The translations under genes and the position numbers were made by a program. A stretch of 64,000 nt of DNA from Zygnema circumcarinatum SAG 698-1b. Lineage: Eukaryota > Plantae > Zygnematophyceae. The notes under the pieces are model-generated. The model ran no database searches and was not told the DNA's origin. It was given only the letters and a program-made list of their open reading frames with translations. Shown in pieces: positions 49,639 through 62,198 of the stretch. The stretch's first letter is position 1, and each line of letters begins with the position of its first letter. The DNA is taken from NCBI GenBank assembly GCA_037447605.1, contig CM074804.1:1736001-1800000 (forward strand). Reading direction: 5' to 3'.

Positions 49639-50829
49639 CCAGGGATGGGCCTTGGCCTGTGGTCCGTAGGTCCATTGTCGACCAGTTTGTTCCTCGTGGT
49701 TCCCCATGATGCTGATTTTGTCCATGTGCATTTGATGGCATCATCGCCATCGTGAGATCAATGCCATTTCCCCTTCTTCGTAGCCATGCGTGCATGCTTG
49801 ACTGCAGGGCGTGTTCAACAACTGCTGCATGGTTGGTTGTATGCCATCTTCACTTCTGACCTTGTTTGTGGCATGCACGGCGCCCACAAGACAAAGCACT
49901 GTATGCTTTTTGTCCAGAGTATACCAAACTGTCAAACTCTTTGAATTTTATAGATTAGATTACATACCAATCAATTAGGTCACGAGCATTTGGAAATCAC
50001 AACATATAGCCAATCATGCAAAGGTCCAATTGCGTCAAAGCTTTGTAGACACCATCCAAAGCTCTTCATCTCTATTCCTATCCATCGTAAATTACTCCAA
50101 ATATCACCTTCTTAGAATTTATCAGTCTAAAAACCTCCTCACAAAAACAAAATTCTAAATCATAACCTCCAAATTTCTGGATTTGCCACGTCATAAAAAA
50201 GCACATGGCAGATGGTGATTGTCCGGCTCTCAATGTACGGCATTTTGCCTTTCCACGAAGCTGCGACCGTACGACTTGTGTACGGACTTTGAGTGGCTTG
50301 GGTGGGACACGTGGGCGCGTGCCATTCGCTGGGACCGAGCCCGGCTGTAGATCGAACGGCGATCTGCCGTGGTGCGATCTGCGAGAGACCCGACGGCGGA
50401 GATCCACCGCACGTGTAAGGACGGCCACCGGCAATGGGGGAGAAATGTGCATTAATATTACCATGGGAAAGCCAAATGTGATAATGTATTTAATAATGCC
50501 GACAATGTATCGCATAGGAGTGTATTGGATTGTTTCGGTTACAGTACTGTAATGTCTTTCTGGTTTCATGTTTGCATTGCTAACAAGAAGGTCAATGCAT
50601 GACATCGGGCAGGAGAGGGCTCAGATTAGAGATGTGCCGAATGATTTTGGAGTCAGGTCAAGCTCATGCTTAAGGTTAGGGTTAGGGTTTGCGTTAGGGT
50701 TAGGATTAGGGTAAGGGTTAGGGTCAGAATTGGGTCTCAGAGATTAGGGCTGAGTGCTGGAAGCCTTGTGCAGGATGAAATGAGAAAGTGACTCTCTATC
50801 AGCGGGCGCGTGCTTCAGAAGTCCGCGCC

Positions 50830-52011
50830 ATGGCAGCTTCCTTTCTTCCTTTTTTTCGCCGGACCGTCTGGAACGGATCTCTGTTCCGCCTACCATGGTA
50901 CCATCCATCCCTTGAACAGCTCACTTGCACTCAGTTCCTTCAAGGGCGCCATGGATACAGCAGCAGCAGCAGCAAGGAGGGAAAAAAACTTGACAAAGCG
51001 AGTGCAGGCAGAGCCACCGTGGCTGAGCAAGAAGCTGCGGATTCGACGAAGGCTCTCCGAGAAGCAGTGGACGCTCTGTTGAGCTTAGGATGCAGGCAGC
51101 AGGATGTCCACCGGATTGTTGATAAGAACAAGAGTGTCCTTATAAGGGGCTATAAGCAAATCCTTCCTAAAGCAGCTTTCTTCCAGAGCCATGGGGTCAA
51201 CTCCCACGACTTTTTCAACGCCTTAGAGCGCAGCCTCTTGTTCAACAACTTCCTCCTCACTTCAGATGAGAAGCAAGAAGGCGTGATCGAGTTCCTTCGG
51301 AACACTATGAAGGTGACGAACTTAGGGAAGGTGATAGGAAGAATGCCGGGAATTTTGACTAACCGTGTGCAGACTCTTGAGGCGAAGGCTCGTCTATGGA
51401 CGGAGTTAGGCGTCCCTGTCACAGGCGCTATGCTGGAGAGCTACCCAGCCATTCTCTGCTACAGTCTTGAAACAATAAAGGAGGGAGTTGAGGCTGTGAG
51501 GTCGACCTTCCCTGAGGCAGGAGAGGATGTGTTCATTCTTTTCCCCATGATCATTAGAAGAAAGGGCCATCACTTCAAGGATGTTGTGGCTGGATTGGAG
51601 GGGATTTTTGGGCCCGATAGAGCTCAGAAAGTGCTGCAGAGTAACCCACATATATTATTAGTACCACGGGACACAATGGAAAACACGTACCGACATCTGA
51701 AGCAGCACTTCGGGGACCTTCCAGCCTTGAAAATGGTGAAAGTGCAGCCCATACTGCTTAGCAGGTCTTGGGATAGTATTAAGTCCAAGATTGACTTCGT
51801 ATTGACTGAGATGGGCCGTAGAAAGGAGGAGATTCACACGATCCCGTCCATACTGAGGTGCTCCCTTGAGAAGCGGCTGAAGCTGAGGTACATGGCGCTG
51901 GTGGAGGCCGGAATTGATCACAAGAAGTTTTCGCTGTGGTCCTTGTTCTCAACTACGAACGCTGCTTTTATGGAAAAGTTCAAAGTGCACTTGATACCGC
52001 AACAGATGTAA
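50830..52011 (+). CDS. mTERF: Second intronless mTERF protein with presequence-like N-terminus
   Basis: Repeats MPGILT, YPAILCYSLE, QPILLSRS, IPSILRCSLEKRLKLRY. The N-terminus is R/F/S-rich, suggesting mitochondrial targeting. Confidence 0.85.
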   Translation: MAASFLPFFRRTVWNGSLFRLPWYHPSLEQLTCTQFLQGRHGYSSSSSKEGKKLDKASAGRATVAEQEAADSTKALREAVDALLSLGCRQQDVHRIVDKNKSVLIRGYKQILPKAAFFQSHGVNSHDFFNALERSLLFNNFLLTSDEKQEGVIEFLRNTMKVTNLGKVIGRMPGILTNRVQTLEAKARLWTELGVPVTGAMLESYPAILCYSLETIKEGVEAVRSTFPEAGEDVFILFPMIIRRKGHHFKDVVAGLEGIFGPDRAQKVLQSNPHILLVPRDTMENTYRHLKQHFGDLPALKMVKVQPILLSRSWDSIKSKIDFVLTEMGRRKEEIHTIPSILRCSLEKRLKLRYMALVEAGIDHKKFSLWSLFSTTNAAFMEKFKVHLIPQQM

Positions 52012-53402
52012 GTTGGAGCTGTGGTTTGAACATGTGCTGAGAGTGCATTGTGGGGCTCAAATACTTCTCTTTTTTTTCATTTTTTATTTTATGTTTGCAA
52101 TGGCAATGCTGCCAGTCGACCTCCCCAGGTGACCTTCCGTTCCAATTTAAAAAAAATAAAAAATAAAAAAAAAACCCCACAAAAAGTAATGCGCATTTGA
52201 TATTCTTGCTTTTTATTGTTTAAAGAGAGAGAGTGAGATCCACGAAGCTTCCTGGAGTCTTCCTGTTAGTCTCCACTTGGTACGGCTCTGAGATCACTGT
52301 ACCGTACAAAACAGTACGGTATCGGATCTTCAGAGTTACAGTGACTGTACACGACACCCAACGGTAACTGTATGGATAACAGGACCACACGGAGCTGGAT
52401 TCAAGCCGTGGCACAGAACGAGCGCCGCCGCATGGAACTGCAATTGTCGCAAATCGAAGAGAGACTCGCACATAGAACAACGACTAGAGAGTTCATCGTT
52501 GGATCAAGGCTTGCACTCTCATAAGGAGCAAACTGGTTGGGGGTAAAATGGAGCAAATCGATGACACAAAAAACACTTAAGGCCCAACACTGAGGGCTTA
52601 ACACTGGGGCCAACCTTCCACGATCACCATGCCGCCCCAACATTCTAACGAGCTACAAAACAGTTTGCGGTACTTCTTGCATTCGCTTTGCAAAAAGGTT
52701 AGGAAGAAGGCTTCTCAAGCTTTCCCAATGCCGCCACTATCCAGCAATCCCACTAGACGGGCCAAAATTTGGAGGAGCCATCCTCTTGCGCTTTCGTGTC
52801 TTTCTAAAGTAGCGCCATTGAAGAATGCAACCTCACACCCAGCGAAGCATTTGTAAACGCTGTTAGTGTATATAGTTAGTTTAGATTAACATGCTTGTGT
52901 TGGCACTTAGTTCGTGGGGGTGTGCTTCTAGGTGTAAGATGTATGGGGGCGGACTTGCTTATGACTCAGGAGTGTGCGTGTGTGTGTGTGCGTTCCATGC
53001 AATCGCATAGTATACGGGCAGTTAGTGTTCCAAAAAACACATGGCAGATGGTGATTGGTCCGGCTCACAATGTACGGTAATTTGCCTTTCCTCGAAGCTG
53101 TGACCGTACGATTTGTGTACGAATACTGAGCCGCCTTGGGTGGGACACGTGGGCGTGTGCCATTCGCTGGACCGAGCCCGGCTGCAGATCGAAAGATGAT
53201 CTGCCGTGGTGCGATCTGCGATAGAATCGACGGTAGAGATTCACCGCAAGTGTAAATCCCTGAACGATCTCGTGGCGGACGGATCCTCCGCTCCGAGCGG
53301 ATTGTAAAATAAAATCTGCCCGACGGAAAGAGGTGTGTATCGATTCCAGAACGGTGTGAAAAAAACATTTTCCGTTTTTAATCCCTTTTTGTCTATTTTC
53401 AA

Positions 53403-54636
53403 GGGTAGTGTTATTTCCACCCCTTTTTTGGATCCAAACACCCCTTCCCGGCCGGGCAGATTTCAAAAGCGATTAAAAACGGAAAATGCTTTTTTCACAC
53501 CGTTTTGGAATCGATACCCACCTCCTTCCGTCGGCAGATTTTATTTTTGCTAACGAAGGAAAATGATACCCCGTCACTCCGTCACCCATTTTGAATACTG
53601 TATCCCGCCTCCCTGAAATTTTTTGTTGAGGGAAAGAAATATCGGCCTGCCAGAATCCGCTCGAAGATCCGTCCGCCACGAGATCGTTCGCGGGTCTCCG
53701 TCTTTCACACGTGCGTATCAATCGCAGCTGTCGATTCCTTCGCAGATCGCACCACTGCAGATCACCGTTCGATCTGCAGCCCGGCTCGATCTCAGCGAAT
53801 GGAAAGTGCCCACGAGTCCCGTCAAAGCCGGATCGCAAGTGCGAGTGCTCGAGTCCCTCCCCGAGATCTCGTGCATTGTCAGCTGTCAGCCAATCAACAT
53901 CTGCCACGTGCTATACTTTGTGACGTGGAAAACTTTGACTGGTCCAAGCTCTCAATGTACGAAATTTTGGGTTCCTCAAAGTTGTGACCGTACGCCATTT
54001 GTACCGACAAATTTTTGAGACGACTTTGGCGGGATACGTGGGCACGTGCCATTCGCTGTGACCTGCCGTGTTGTGATCTGCGAGGGAATCGACGGCTGCG
54101 ATTGACCGCACGCGTGAAAAAAAATTCAGGGAGTCGGGATATTAGGGGGTGTCAGACTTAACAAAATCTTACGAAAAGCGTTACGAAAAAAAAGGTTACG
54201 AAAGTACTCCGCCGCAGGAGGATCGCGATTATACTGGAGTACTCGTTCTGATGTCAAACTTACGAACACGCGTACTGAAATTTTTTAAGTCTGACACCCC
54301 CTATTAGGGGGTCAGACTTAACAAAATCTTACGAAAAGCGTTACGAAAAAAAAGGTTACGAAAGTACTCCGCCGCAGGAGGATCGCGATTATACTGGAGT
54401 ACTCGTTCTGATGTCAAACTTACGAACACGCGTACTGAAATTTTTTAAGTCTGACACCCCCTAGTGACGGGTTATCATTTTCTTTGTTTCGCAAAAATAA
54501 AATCTGCCGAAGGAGGGTGGGTATCGATTCCAAAAAGGTGTGAAGAAAGCATTTTCTGTTTTATAATTCTTTTTGTTATCTGCCCGGCCGGGAAGGGGTG
54601 TTTTGATCCAAAAAAGGGGTGGAAATAACACTACCC
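53403..54636. mobile_element. Long-TIR foldback/Mutator-like non-autonomous element with 8-bp TSD, nested in a related older copy
   Basis: Arms 53403-53577 (GGGTAGTGTTATTTCCACCCC...) and 54464-54636 are inverted. TSD ATTTTCAA at 53395-53402 and 54637-54644. Inverted similarity continues inward (53600-53800 vs 54050-54140). The host TIR is split between 53306-53402 and 54645-54712. Confidence 0.87.
54143..54463. mobile_element. Two head-to-tail ~156-bp MITEs
   Basis: TIR GGGGGTGTCAGACTTAA...TTAAGTCTGACACCCCC flanked by TA. Copies at 54145-54301 and 54307-54461; the second lacks 2 nt in its left TIR. Confidence 0.85.
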
Positions 54637-56681
54637 ATTTTCAAATACTCTATGTCCGGCGAAAAAAAGGTCTGTGTGTCTAGAGAAAAAAGGTGTGAAT
54701 TTAGCACTACCCCTACAAAGGACATGGTGCCTTGTACGGACGCGCCGATCACCACCGGCATGCGGGGCGAGACGGTGCAGCGCCGATCCCGGGGACGCGT
54801 GTCAGGGCGCCAATAATGCCCGCCAGCGGGGCCCTGGGGAACGCATTCCGGTCAGTTCGAAGTTCTGTCTACTCCTCTGACGGACGGTCCAAATGCGAAG
54901 TTGGACGAACATCTGACGGCGTCAGTGCGCTATGGTCTACGGACGAGGGACTGTACTACTGTACAGGTGGCCGTACAGTATACGGCCTGTCCTTTATGCG
55001 GCGAAGGCGGGGCTTTGGCGCACTTGGAGGCCCCGCTGGCTCTCGCAGCGGCCAGGAACCGCCTCCGGCGCCGCCGGTTGCGGAGGTGTGGGCACCGACA
55101 AAACCAGCCAATCACTTTTCAGTAGATGTCGGTGGCACCAATGGGCCAATAGCGGTCATGGAATGCCGACGGGGTCATGAAAAAACTGACTGTAGCAGTA
55201 CATTGCAATCTGCATCTGATATTTTTTATTTACCTTAATGAGTACGTATTCTATAAAACTAGAACTGGCAGTTACGTTATAGTTCCGTTCGAAAGTCCTC
55301 CCTGGCAGCACCTCGAGGTCCAAATTTGTTTTTTCTGCAGATTGACCGTCGGCCAAAAATTAATTTCCGTAAAGACCCACCGACCGCCTCGATATGCGAA
55401 TCCCGCCCTAGTCAACCTTTCGGACCTAATTTGTAGTTTTTGTTTCCTTCACCGCATCTCCCCACATCTGCCCGCAAAAGCAAAATTTGCCCCCTCTCGT
55501 CCCTTGGCGCCCCAAAGCGTACAGTAATCATGACCCGAATTTTATCGTACGGCTCGGATCGCTTCCGTACGATCGTGGCCGCACGTTTCTCGACATGGCC
55601 AATCATGCATAGCCCACTGTACGGCATGGCATCCCACGAACTTGTTTTGTGCGGGCAGTCGCTAACCTGCCCGTGATTTGTTTCGGGCAGTTAAATGTGC
55701 CCAATCAGCTAGCTTATTTACACGTGCAGCGAATCGTATCCGGTCTGAAGGGTTTTTTTTTGGGGCAGTTTGTCTGACAGGCCGCCAGTTGGTGGCGACG
55801 TTCCTCTGACAGGCAGGCAGGCAGGCAAGCGGCTGTGCCCATTTGTAAGGCGGAGCAGGGCTACGTGGGCAATGGCGGTTGCACGTTCGAGCGATACTGC
55901 AAAGGGACGTTGTAGGGTAAAGAAGCTGCAACCCTGCAGGCGTTTGCTTTCATCAAAATCCGCGGAGTATTAGAGAAAATATCCATTTTGCTGGAAGAGA
56001 ACTTGAGCAGGTTTATCTGCAGGTTTGCACCCCTCTGAAAGCAGATTGTACAGACCAAGGTTTTTGCTTATCAGAGAGATTCACGAAGCTTGGGAAGGCA
56101 GGCAGACTTTCGTTCTCGGTCCTATGGACAGTTTATTTGCTCCAGCATTATGCAGACGAGCATGACAGGAGTGGCTCGTGCTCGGCACCATCTGACAGGT
56201 GAGTGTGTGAATATTGGTGGGCTGTTGTTAGTGTTGTAACTTTTCGGAATAGTGACTCTAATCGATGGTCCCGATGTGCTCAGGCAGCAATAGGAATACA
56301 CTTCTCGGGATCCAGGGTGAAGTGACGCATGTAGTTCTGTTTCTGGATGTATAGTCAGAGATTAACCGATTCATTTGTTGTTAAGTAAAATATTGCCAGT
56401 GATTTCATTGGCTGCCTCTTCTTCCAAGCGTGCACAGTGTCTGAATCATTCGTTTCCAATGTCTTTTCAGATAGGTGCTTGTTTTTCTTGTAGTTTGTTG
56501 TTATTATTTCGTATCGGAAGTGTGTTGTGAACCTTTGTGTTGAAGCCTTGTCATTCGGTTGATGTGACAGGCATATCTGCAGCCTCGACCGCCGCTTGCA
56601 GCTGTCTCGCGTGCCGGGACGAACGCCATTGCAGCCTCTTGGAGTGACTGGGGATCAGTTTGAAAAAGAAAGCAGTTACCG

Positions 56682-57604
56682 ATGGGTGCAGGCGGCGCTG
56701 ATGTGCTTGAATCCTCGTTGCTGCAATGCCCTTACGGGAACGAAACGTATGCAGTTCTGGAACGAGATGAGAGGGACCCCTCCACTGATTATCCGAAGGT
56801 CCTTTCGATCCTGTCCTCGCTTTTCGAGCGAGTTGTGACAAGAAATGATCGGCTGGCCTTCAATGGAGATGCTACAGCAGGAGCCTACAGCAGCAAGCTC
56901 ACAGTTTTCCATGGCTTGCGAGCTCCAAGCATTAGCATAGGAAAATATTTGGATCGCATTTTCAAGTACGCGAACTGTAGTCCGGGGTGTTTTGTGGTGG
57001 CGTACATCTACATCGACCGCATCATTCATCGGCATCCAGAGTTCACTGTGACGTCTCTGAATGTTCATCGCCTTCTCGTCACGAGCATACTCGCCGCGGC
57101 GAAGTTCCTTGATGACGCGTAAGTTTGTGCAGATTTTATACCTCACTGCAATACCAACCTATTTGATGTTCTGCAGTTTGATATCAGATATGCTAATCTG
57201 TCCACCCTTTTTACTGGACTTGCAGATACTTCAACAATGCTTACTATGCAAAAGTCGGCGGAGTTGCTACTGCAGAGATGAATAGGTTGGAATTGGAGTT
57301 CCTTTTCCGACTGGATTTCCGACTGCATGTGACGCCCGCCTTGTTTGGGAGCTACTGCTCGCACCTTGAGAAGGAATTGTCGCTTGCAGAGTCACTAAGG
57401 CCTCGAAAGATTGTACGCTTGGCAGATGTTCCCAATATGTACGTTATGCCTGAGAAACTGTGGCAAGGCTGTGTGCCGTCGGAAGTAGAATCCGCGCTTA
57501 GGGAGGCGTCTCCCGATGCCTATGATGTGCAGACACCACCTCGAGAGGCGGAGTCATATGGAAGACCCGATATGTTTGACCCGATATCTCAAATGGTCCA
57601 ATAA
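56682..57604 (+). CDS. CYCU: Cyclin U/P (PHO80-like)
   Basis: Exon 56682-57118 ([38 protein letters not shown]...[16 protein letters not shown]) and exon ~57226-57604 ([13 protein letters not shown]...[11 protein letters not shown]). Confidence 0.95.
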
Positions 57605-59230
57605 TCCCTTTCGGTGGCGTTCTCCTTCGGTAACAACTTATAAGGCCTTTTTTTTTTGCCATTGGCGCCAGAAACCTGGCTTCATTGGCTGGTGTGCTCC
57701 TCGTGCGCAGATCCAATAAAGGGGCTGGGACTCTTCAAGGCCATGGAATAAGCTCTCTTTGAGCAGGTGTGCAGGGCTAAGGCAATTCAAGGCTGCTGGA
57801 ACCATGTTTTTAGCAGGTTCCGTTTCCCCGGTTCTGGCATTTCTGCTGCCTTTTGTGTCTGCTCAGCTTTGCATCTGACTCTCCAGTCTACGATGGATAG
57901 TGCAGCTGACAAACCGGGATTTCTGAAGCAGTAGCCTCCTGCCACATGGCTGATTGTCAATAAGTGCATTGTACCAAGCAAGCTTGGTACAAGCCGTAGG
58001 TCCCTTCGCCAGTCCTGTGTGGTTCTGATTCAATCTCTCATTGGAAGTCGCAATAACGTTATTCAGGGTCATTCACGCCCTGTTGGGGTCCCTTTTGTGG
58101 AATAAGTTACGAAAGCTACGATGCAGACTCGAGGTCTGCCTTTTGTGAGAGTTGAAGCATTCGTTGTTCTTTATCTGAAATGAAAAAACTTTTCAGAATA
58201 TCACTGTTGATGGTAAACTGCGACCAGTCTATGTGACCATCTTGAGCGGCTGACCAGTTACTTGACATGAGGATGATGTATGTCGCGGTGAGTGTTGAGA
58301 TGTTTTGTGTTCGAGATGTTTGTCGGGGTCGCTTGTGTTTGGATTGTCTATTGGGGCGATGTTCATCAGGTTGTTGTAATAATTTACCATGATACTTGAA
58401 AATGCGTAATTGTTTCATTTGTTATGCTCAATTATGCTCCATTGGTTATTTGTGTTATGCTTGATGCCTACCACCTTGCAAGCGATCGCACACTTCCCCG
58501 GCTTCTCCACTCTCCTGTCTCTCCTTGTCTACACCTTTGCTAGGATAGTCATGGACGGGTCTATCTTTGACACCCTTCCTTCCTGCTGCAAATCTTAATT
58601 GAAGCAGATTAGAGCCAAGTCACTTGCTGCTGAATGAAGTCACCAACCAAAACAGCATTCTAACCATCAAATGATGGCTGCAGTCACCGCACAACAGACA
58701 ACATCGAAGGCCGTGAGCAGCCGCGGCCACCGTCCAGAAGCGGATGTCTCAGTGAAGCCACCAGCCAGGACCACCACCATGAACCAGTGGCTGTGAAATG
58801 ACGTCAGCAGCCGCACCAACTACAAAGTAGTCGGTGCTAAGCGCTGTCATCGGAGGGAAATTCCATTTACCAGTGGTATGAAATGACTTCATTGGCCTCA
58901 ACCAGCACATACTATTCTCGTCAAAGGACGTCATCAGCAACGCTCAACAAGCAGAAAGCAGTCGGTGTTCAAAGGACGAATATCATATTTCCTTTTGGCG
59001 ATCTTGCCAGCTTGCGAACGGGCACAACCCTAACCACAGTCCAGTGTGCAGTGGCGGACAGGATAGGTAACCACAAAATTCTTGCAAAAATTGGACATGA
59101 CTTATTACAGAAATGGGCCAAAGGAGAAATCAAAAGCTGCTTAACACCATGCGGCGCCTCTAGACACTTATCAGCTCGTGGGAGAGAGAGCTAAGTGCTA
59201 CGAAAAGAGGAGAAGACGGACGGTGACCTG

Positions 59231-60835
59231 TCACCTGTCTCCGCTCGCGCAGCCTCTGCAGCCGCAGTGGATGCACTCGATGACCTTCTCCTCCCTAAGA
59301 TGTTTGGGCACTCTGCACACACACGTTGTTCCGAAGTTGTGGTCGCGCGGTTGCATGCACCGCAGACAGCATAGGCGTTCAAATCCAGACTGCAAACAAC
59401 AGAGTATCAGCTAGTGTTAGAGTGCTCTCTCTCTCTGTTTGTATCTTTCCCACTCGCCCTCTCTCTTATCGATTCCCCTCCTATAACCCTTTTCTCACCT
59501 AAACTTCCATTGGTTCAAGATGGCATCACAACATCTCCACTCTCTCTAAACAACAATTGATCCCGGCAATGGTACCAAAAGGAAAGAACCCCAACGAGAC
59601 CTAAGGACTGATGACTCGCCCTTGTAGAAAGATTACACTGGAAGAGAAATCAGCTAATAGAGAAAGAACTTAAACGAGACGAAAGCGGCGCACCTTCTTC
59701 CACTTGGCTATAAGGGCTGAATCTGCATGTTTCTGCTCGAGACAGAAGTCATATAGCTCCTTCGAGATGGCATTTTGCCGATAGTAAAGGTCAAAAATAA
59801 ACCGACTCTTTTGATGGGCAATTTTGAAGATCGGCCAAAGAGCTTCACACTTACGCCTGCCTTCGTGCGTTTCGTTTTCCGCTGTTGCATACGAAAACAT
59901 GAATATTAATTTAAATCCTCACATCAAACATGCATTCGCAAGGACTATTATTCCTGAAATTTCAGGCAACCGCCATTATCCCAATACAGATTTGCTTTTA
60001 GCTAACACTAACCCTAAATCTAACCCTTACTCTTCGCTAAAGCTTACATTACATCAACCTTCATCCTATCACGAACACCAATTCAAATCCTACCCATTTC
60101 AACCAGCAAAGCAGGTAGTGGCTCCAACCCTAACCTTAAACCTAGTCTTTCTCGGAACTCAGGTCCGCACTGTTTACTCTGAACCCCTACTAAACTGATG
60201 CAAACAGATGCCATAATCATCACACTAACTCCAAAATCAGCCTAAGTCTCGCTCCCAAATCAGCCTTTTTGTACTGTAATTCTGACCCTTGTCATAAGCT
60301 AAGTGACTCTGATCTGAGCCCTAACAAAGATTCTGGCTATTGTCTTGATTCTATCTTATATCCAGATTCCAAGCTTCTTGTAACCCTGACTCTAACCCTA
60401 GCCTAACCCTAACCCTAACCCTAACCTTAACCCTAACCCTAACCTAGCCCTACTGCAAAACTTAATCCTAAACGGTAACCCAAGCCCTCACCGTAACCCT
60501 AATCCATCTTCTAGAAATAGCTTTACTTACATCGGAACCTGAATGCCCGAAAAGCCCTTAAAACCCTAAAACCTTCTCCACCTTATCTCTGGATCCAGCC
60601 CCAAATTTCGAAAAATCAGACCCCAATTTCTTGAGACTCTTAAATCTAGCTCCAATTCCAGACCACGAGTTGCTTCCAAGGCCTACTATTGAAGCATAAT
60701 TTCAACCTGTTTACCCTACCGTTTTGCGCTTAAGTACATACCTTCTCTCATCTTCTTATCGAGCTCCCTCAGCGTTGGCTCTATTAGCTCCCATCCGTCT
60801 GGAAACTTCACGCGATTCGTCCGCACCTTAGGCAT
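59231..60835 (-). CDS. BUD31: BUD31/G10 spliceosomal zinc-cluster protein
   Basis: Exons 60835-60742 ([22 protein letters not shown]), ~59881-59694 ([13 protein letters not shown]...LIAKWKK), ~59389-59231 ([10 protein letters not shown]...CVCRVP...[13 protein letters not shown]). Confidence 0.96.
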
Positions 60836-61399
60836 GGATGCGGAGAGGGGGGGGGAGGAGAGGGAAGGAGAAGGAGAAGGAGCGGAAGAAGAAGAGGAGC
60901 GGAAGAGAGGATGAAGAGATGCAAGGAGGAAATTCGTGTTCCTTACTTTTTGTTTGAGCTTCAGCAACAGCCGGCGGGCAAGAAATCACGCGGGAAATGA
61001 AGCAGCGACGCGGAGATTGAACGCGGAGATTGAAAGTGAAATTGAGGAAAAAAATTCGTTTAAATTATGGGTTCCTAGATGGGCAGGCAGGTCGCCCGCA
61101 ACCCTCAACCCTAACCCTAATTTTGTCCTCTCTGCCTCTCCTCTGCTTTGTAGTGTCGCCCCTTCACTGGAACCCTTCACTTTTTTTTGGACCTACGTCC
61201 GTACATAAAGTACACAAAAGTAACACAAAACTGTGACTTAACCAAGGGCCTGATAGTTCCCAATTCCATTGATAAAGTCACGCATAACTTTGCATAGCCT
61301 CCGTAAAGTCACATACATGAAACCGAACCCGTTCTGCCCCCGTTCCCACCTCCCCGCCCTTCCCCTCCCGTCCAGCCGCCTGCCGCGCGGCCCGCAAAG

Positions 61400-61495
61400 C
61401 GCGGCAGCCAATCAGAGGCGCCCGTCGCGCGGCCCAGCCACGTGGCATCCCGGCGCTCATCCAGCGCCACGTCACAGCCAATCACAGGGCGCGAC
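61400..61495. promoter_or_regulatory. CCAAT and G-box cluster in the BUD31/CAC3 divergent promoter
   Basis: CAGCCAATCAGA, GCCACGTGGC and GCCACGTCACAGCCAATCACA within ~90 bp. Confidence 0.45.
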
Positions 61496-62198
61496 GGAGC
61501 GATGGCGGAACGCCCGCCAGACGGGTCGGAGCACATCCGACTGTCCATTCTCGCGCGAGGGAGATCGGACGGTCAGAAGGGGCCTAGGCACACGTGCGGT
61601 GACATGGCGGGTCACTTTCGGCAGGTTCGATGTTCACACGGGGGTGAAAAGGGGAGCGGGATCGTCGTTGTCGGCTGCCACGCGGCCGGCTGAGAACGGC
61701 TCTGCGGCGGAGGGGGGAGGGTGACGGAGTTTGTAAGAAGAGGGGGAGGAAGGAGGAAGGGGGCGTGGGGACAGGGGAGACGGGAGAGGGAGGGAGAGGG
61801 AGAGGGAGAGGGAGAGGGAGGGAGTGGGAAGGAGAGGGAGGGAGTGGGAAGGAGAGGGAGGGAGCGGGGAGAGGAAAGCAGAGGGAGAGGGAGAGGGAGA
61901 GGGAGGGCAGAGAGAAGGGAGCACAGAGAGAGCATTGTCGTCGGAGATAGGCGGGAGAGAAAGAGACAGGAAGAGGGGAAGAGAGAGAGAGAGGAGAGTG
62001 GGAGAGAGCGAGTGCATTGTTGCAAGACTGCGTGATTTTAGGGTTTTGGTGAATTCCTCTTCTCTCGTAGCACCGCCTCCCACAGAAGCTTCGAAATTAG
62101 GGCAAATCCTTCAAGAAGACTCTCCCACCCCGCTACCTTCTAACAATTTTTTAGGGTTTCCAGATTTTCTCACTCCGATTCCTCCTCTCCCTCCCTCC

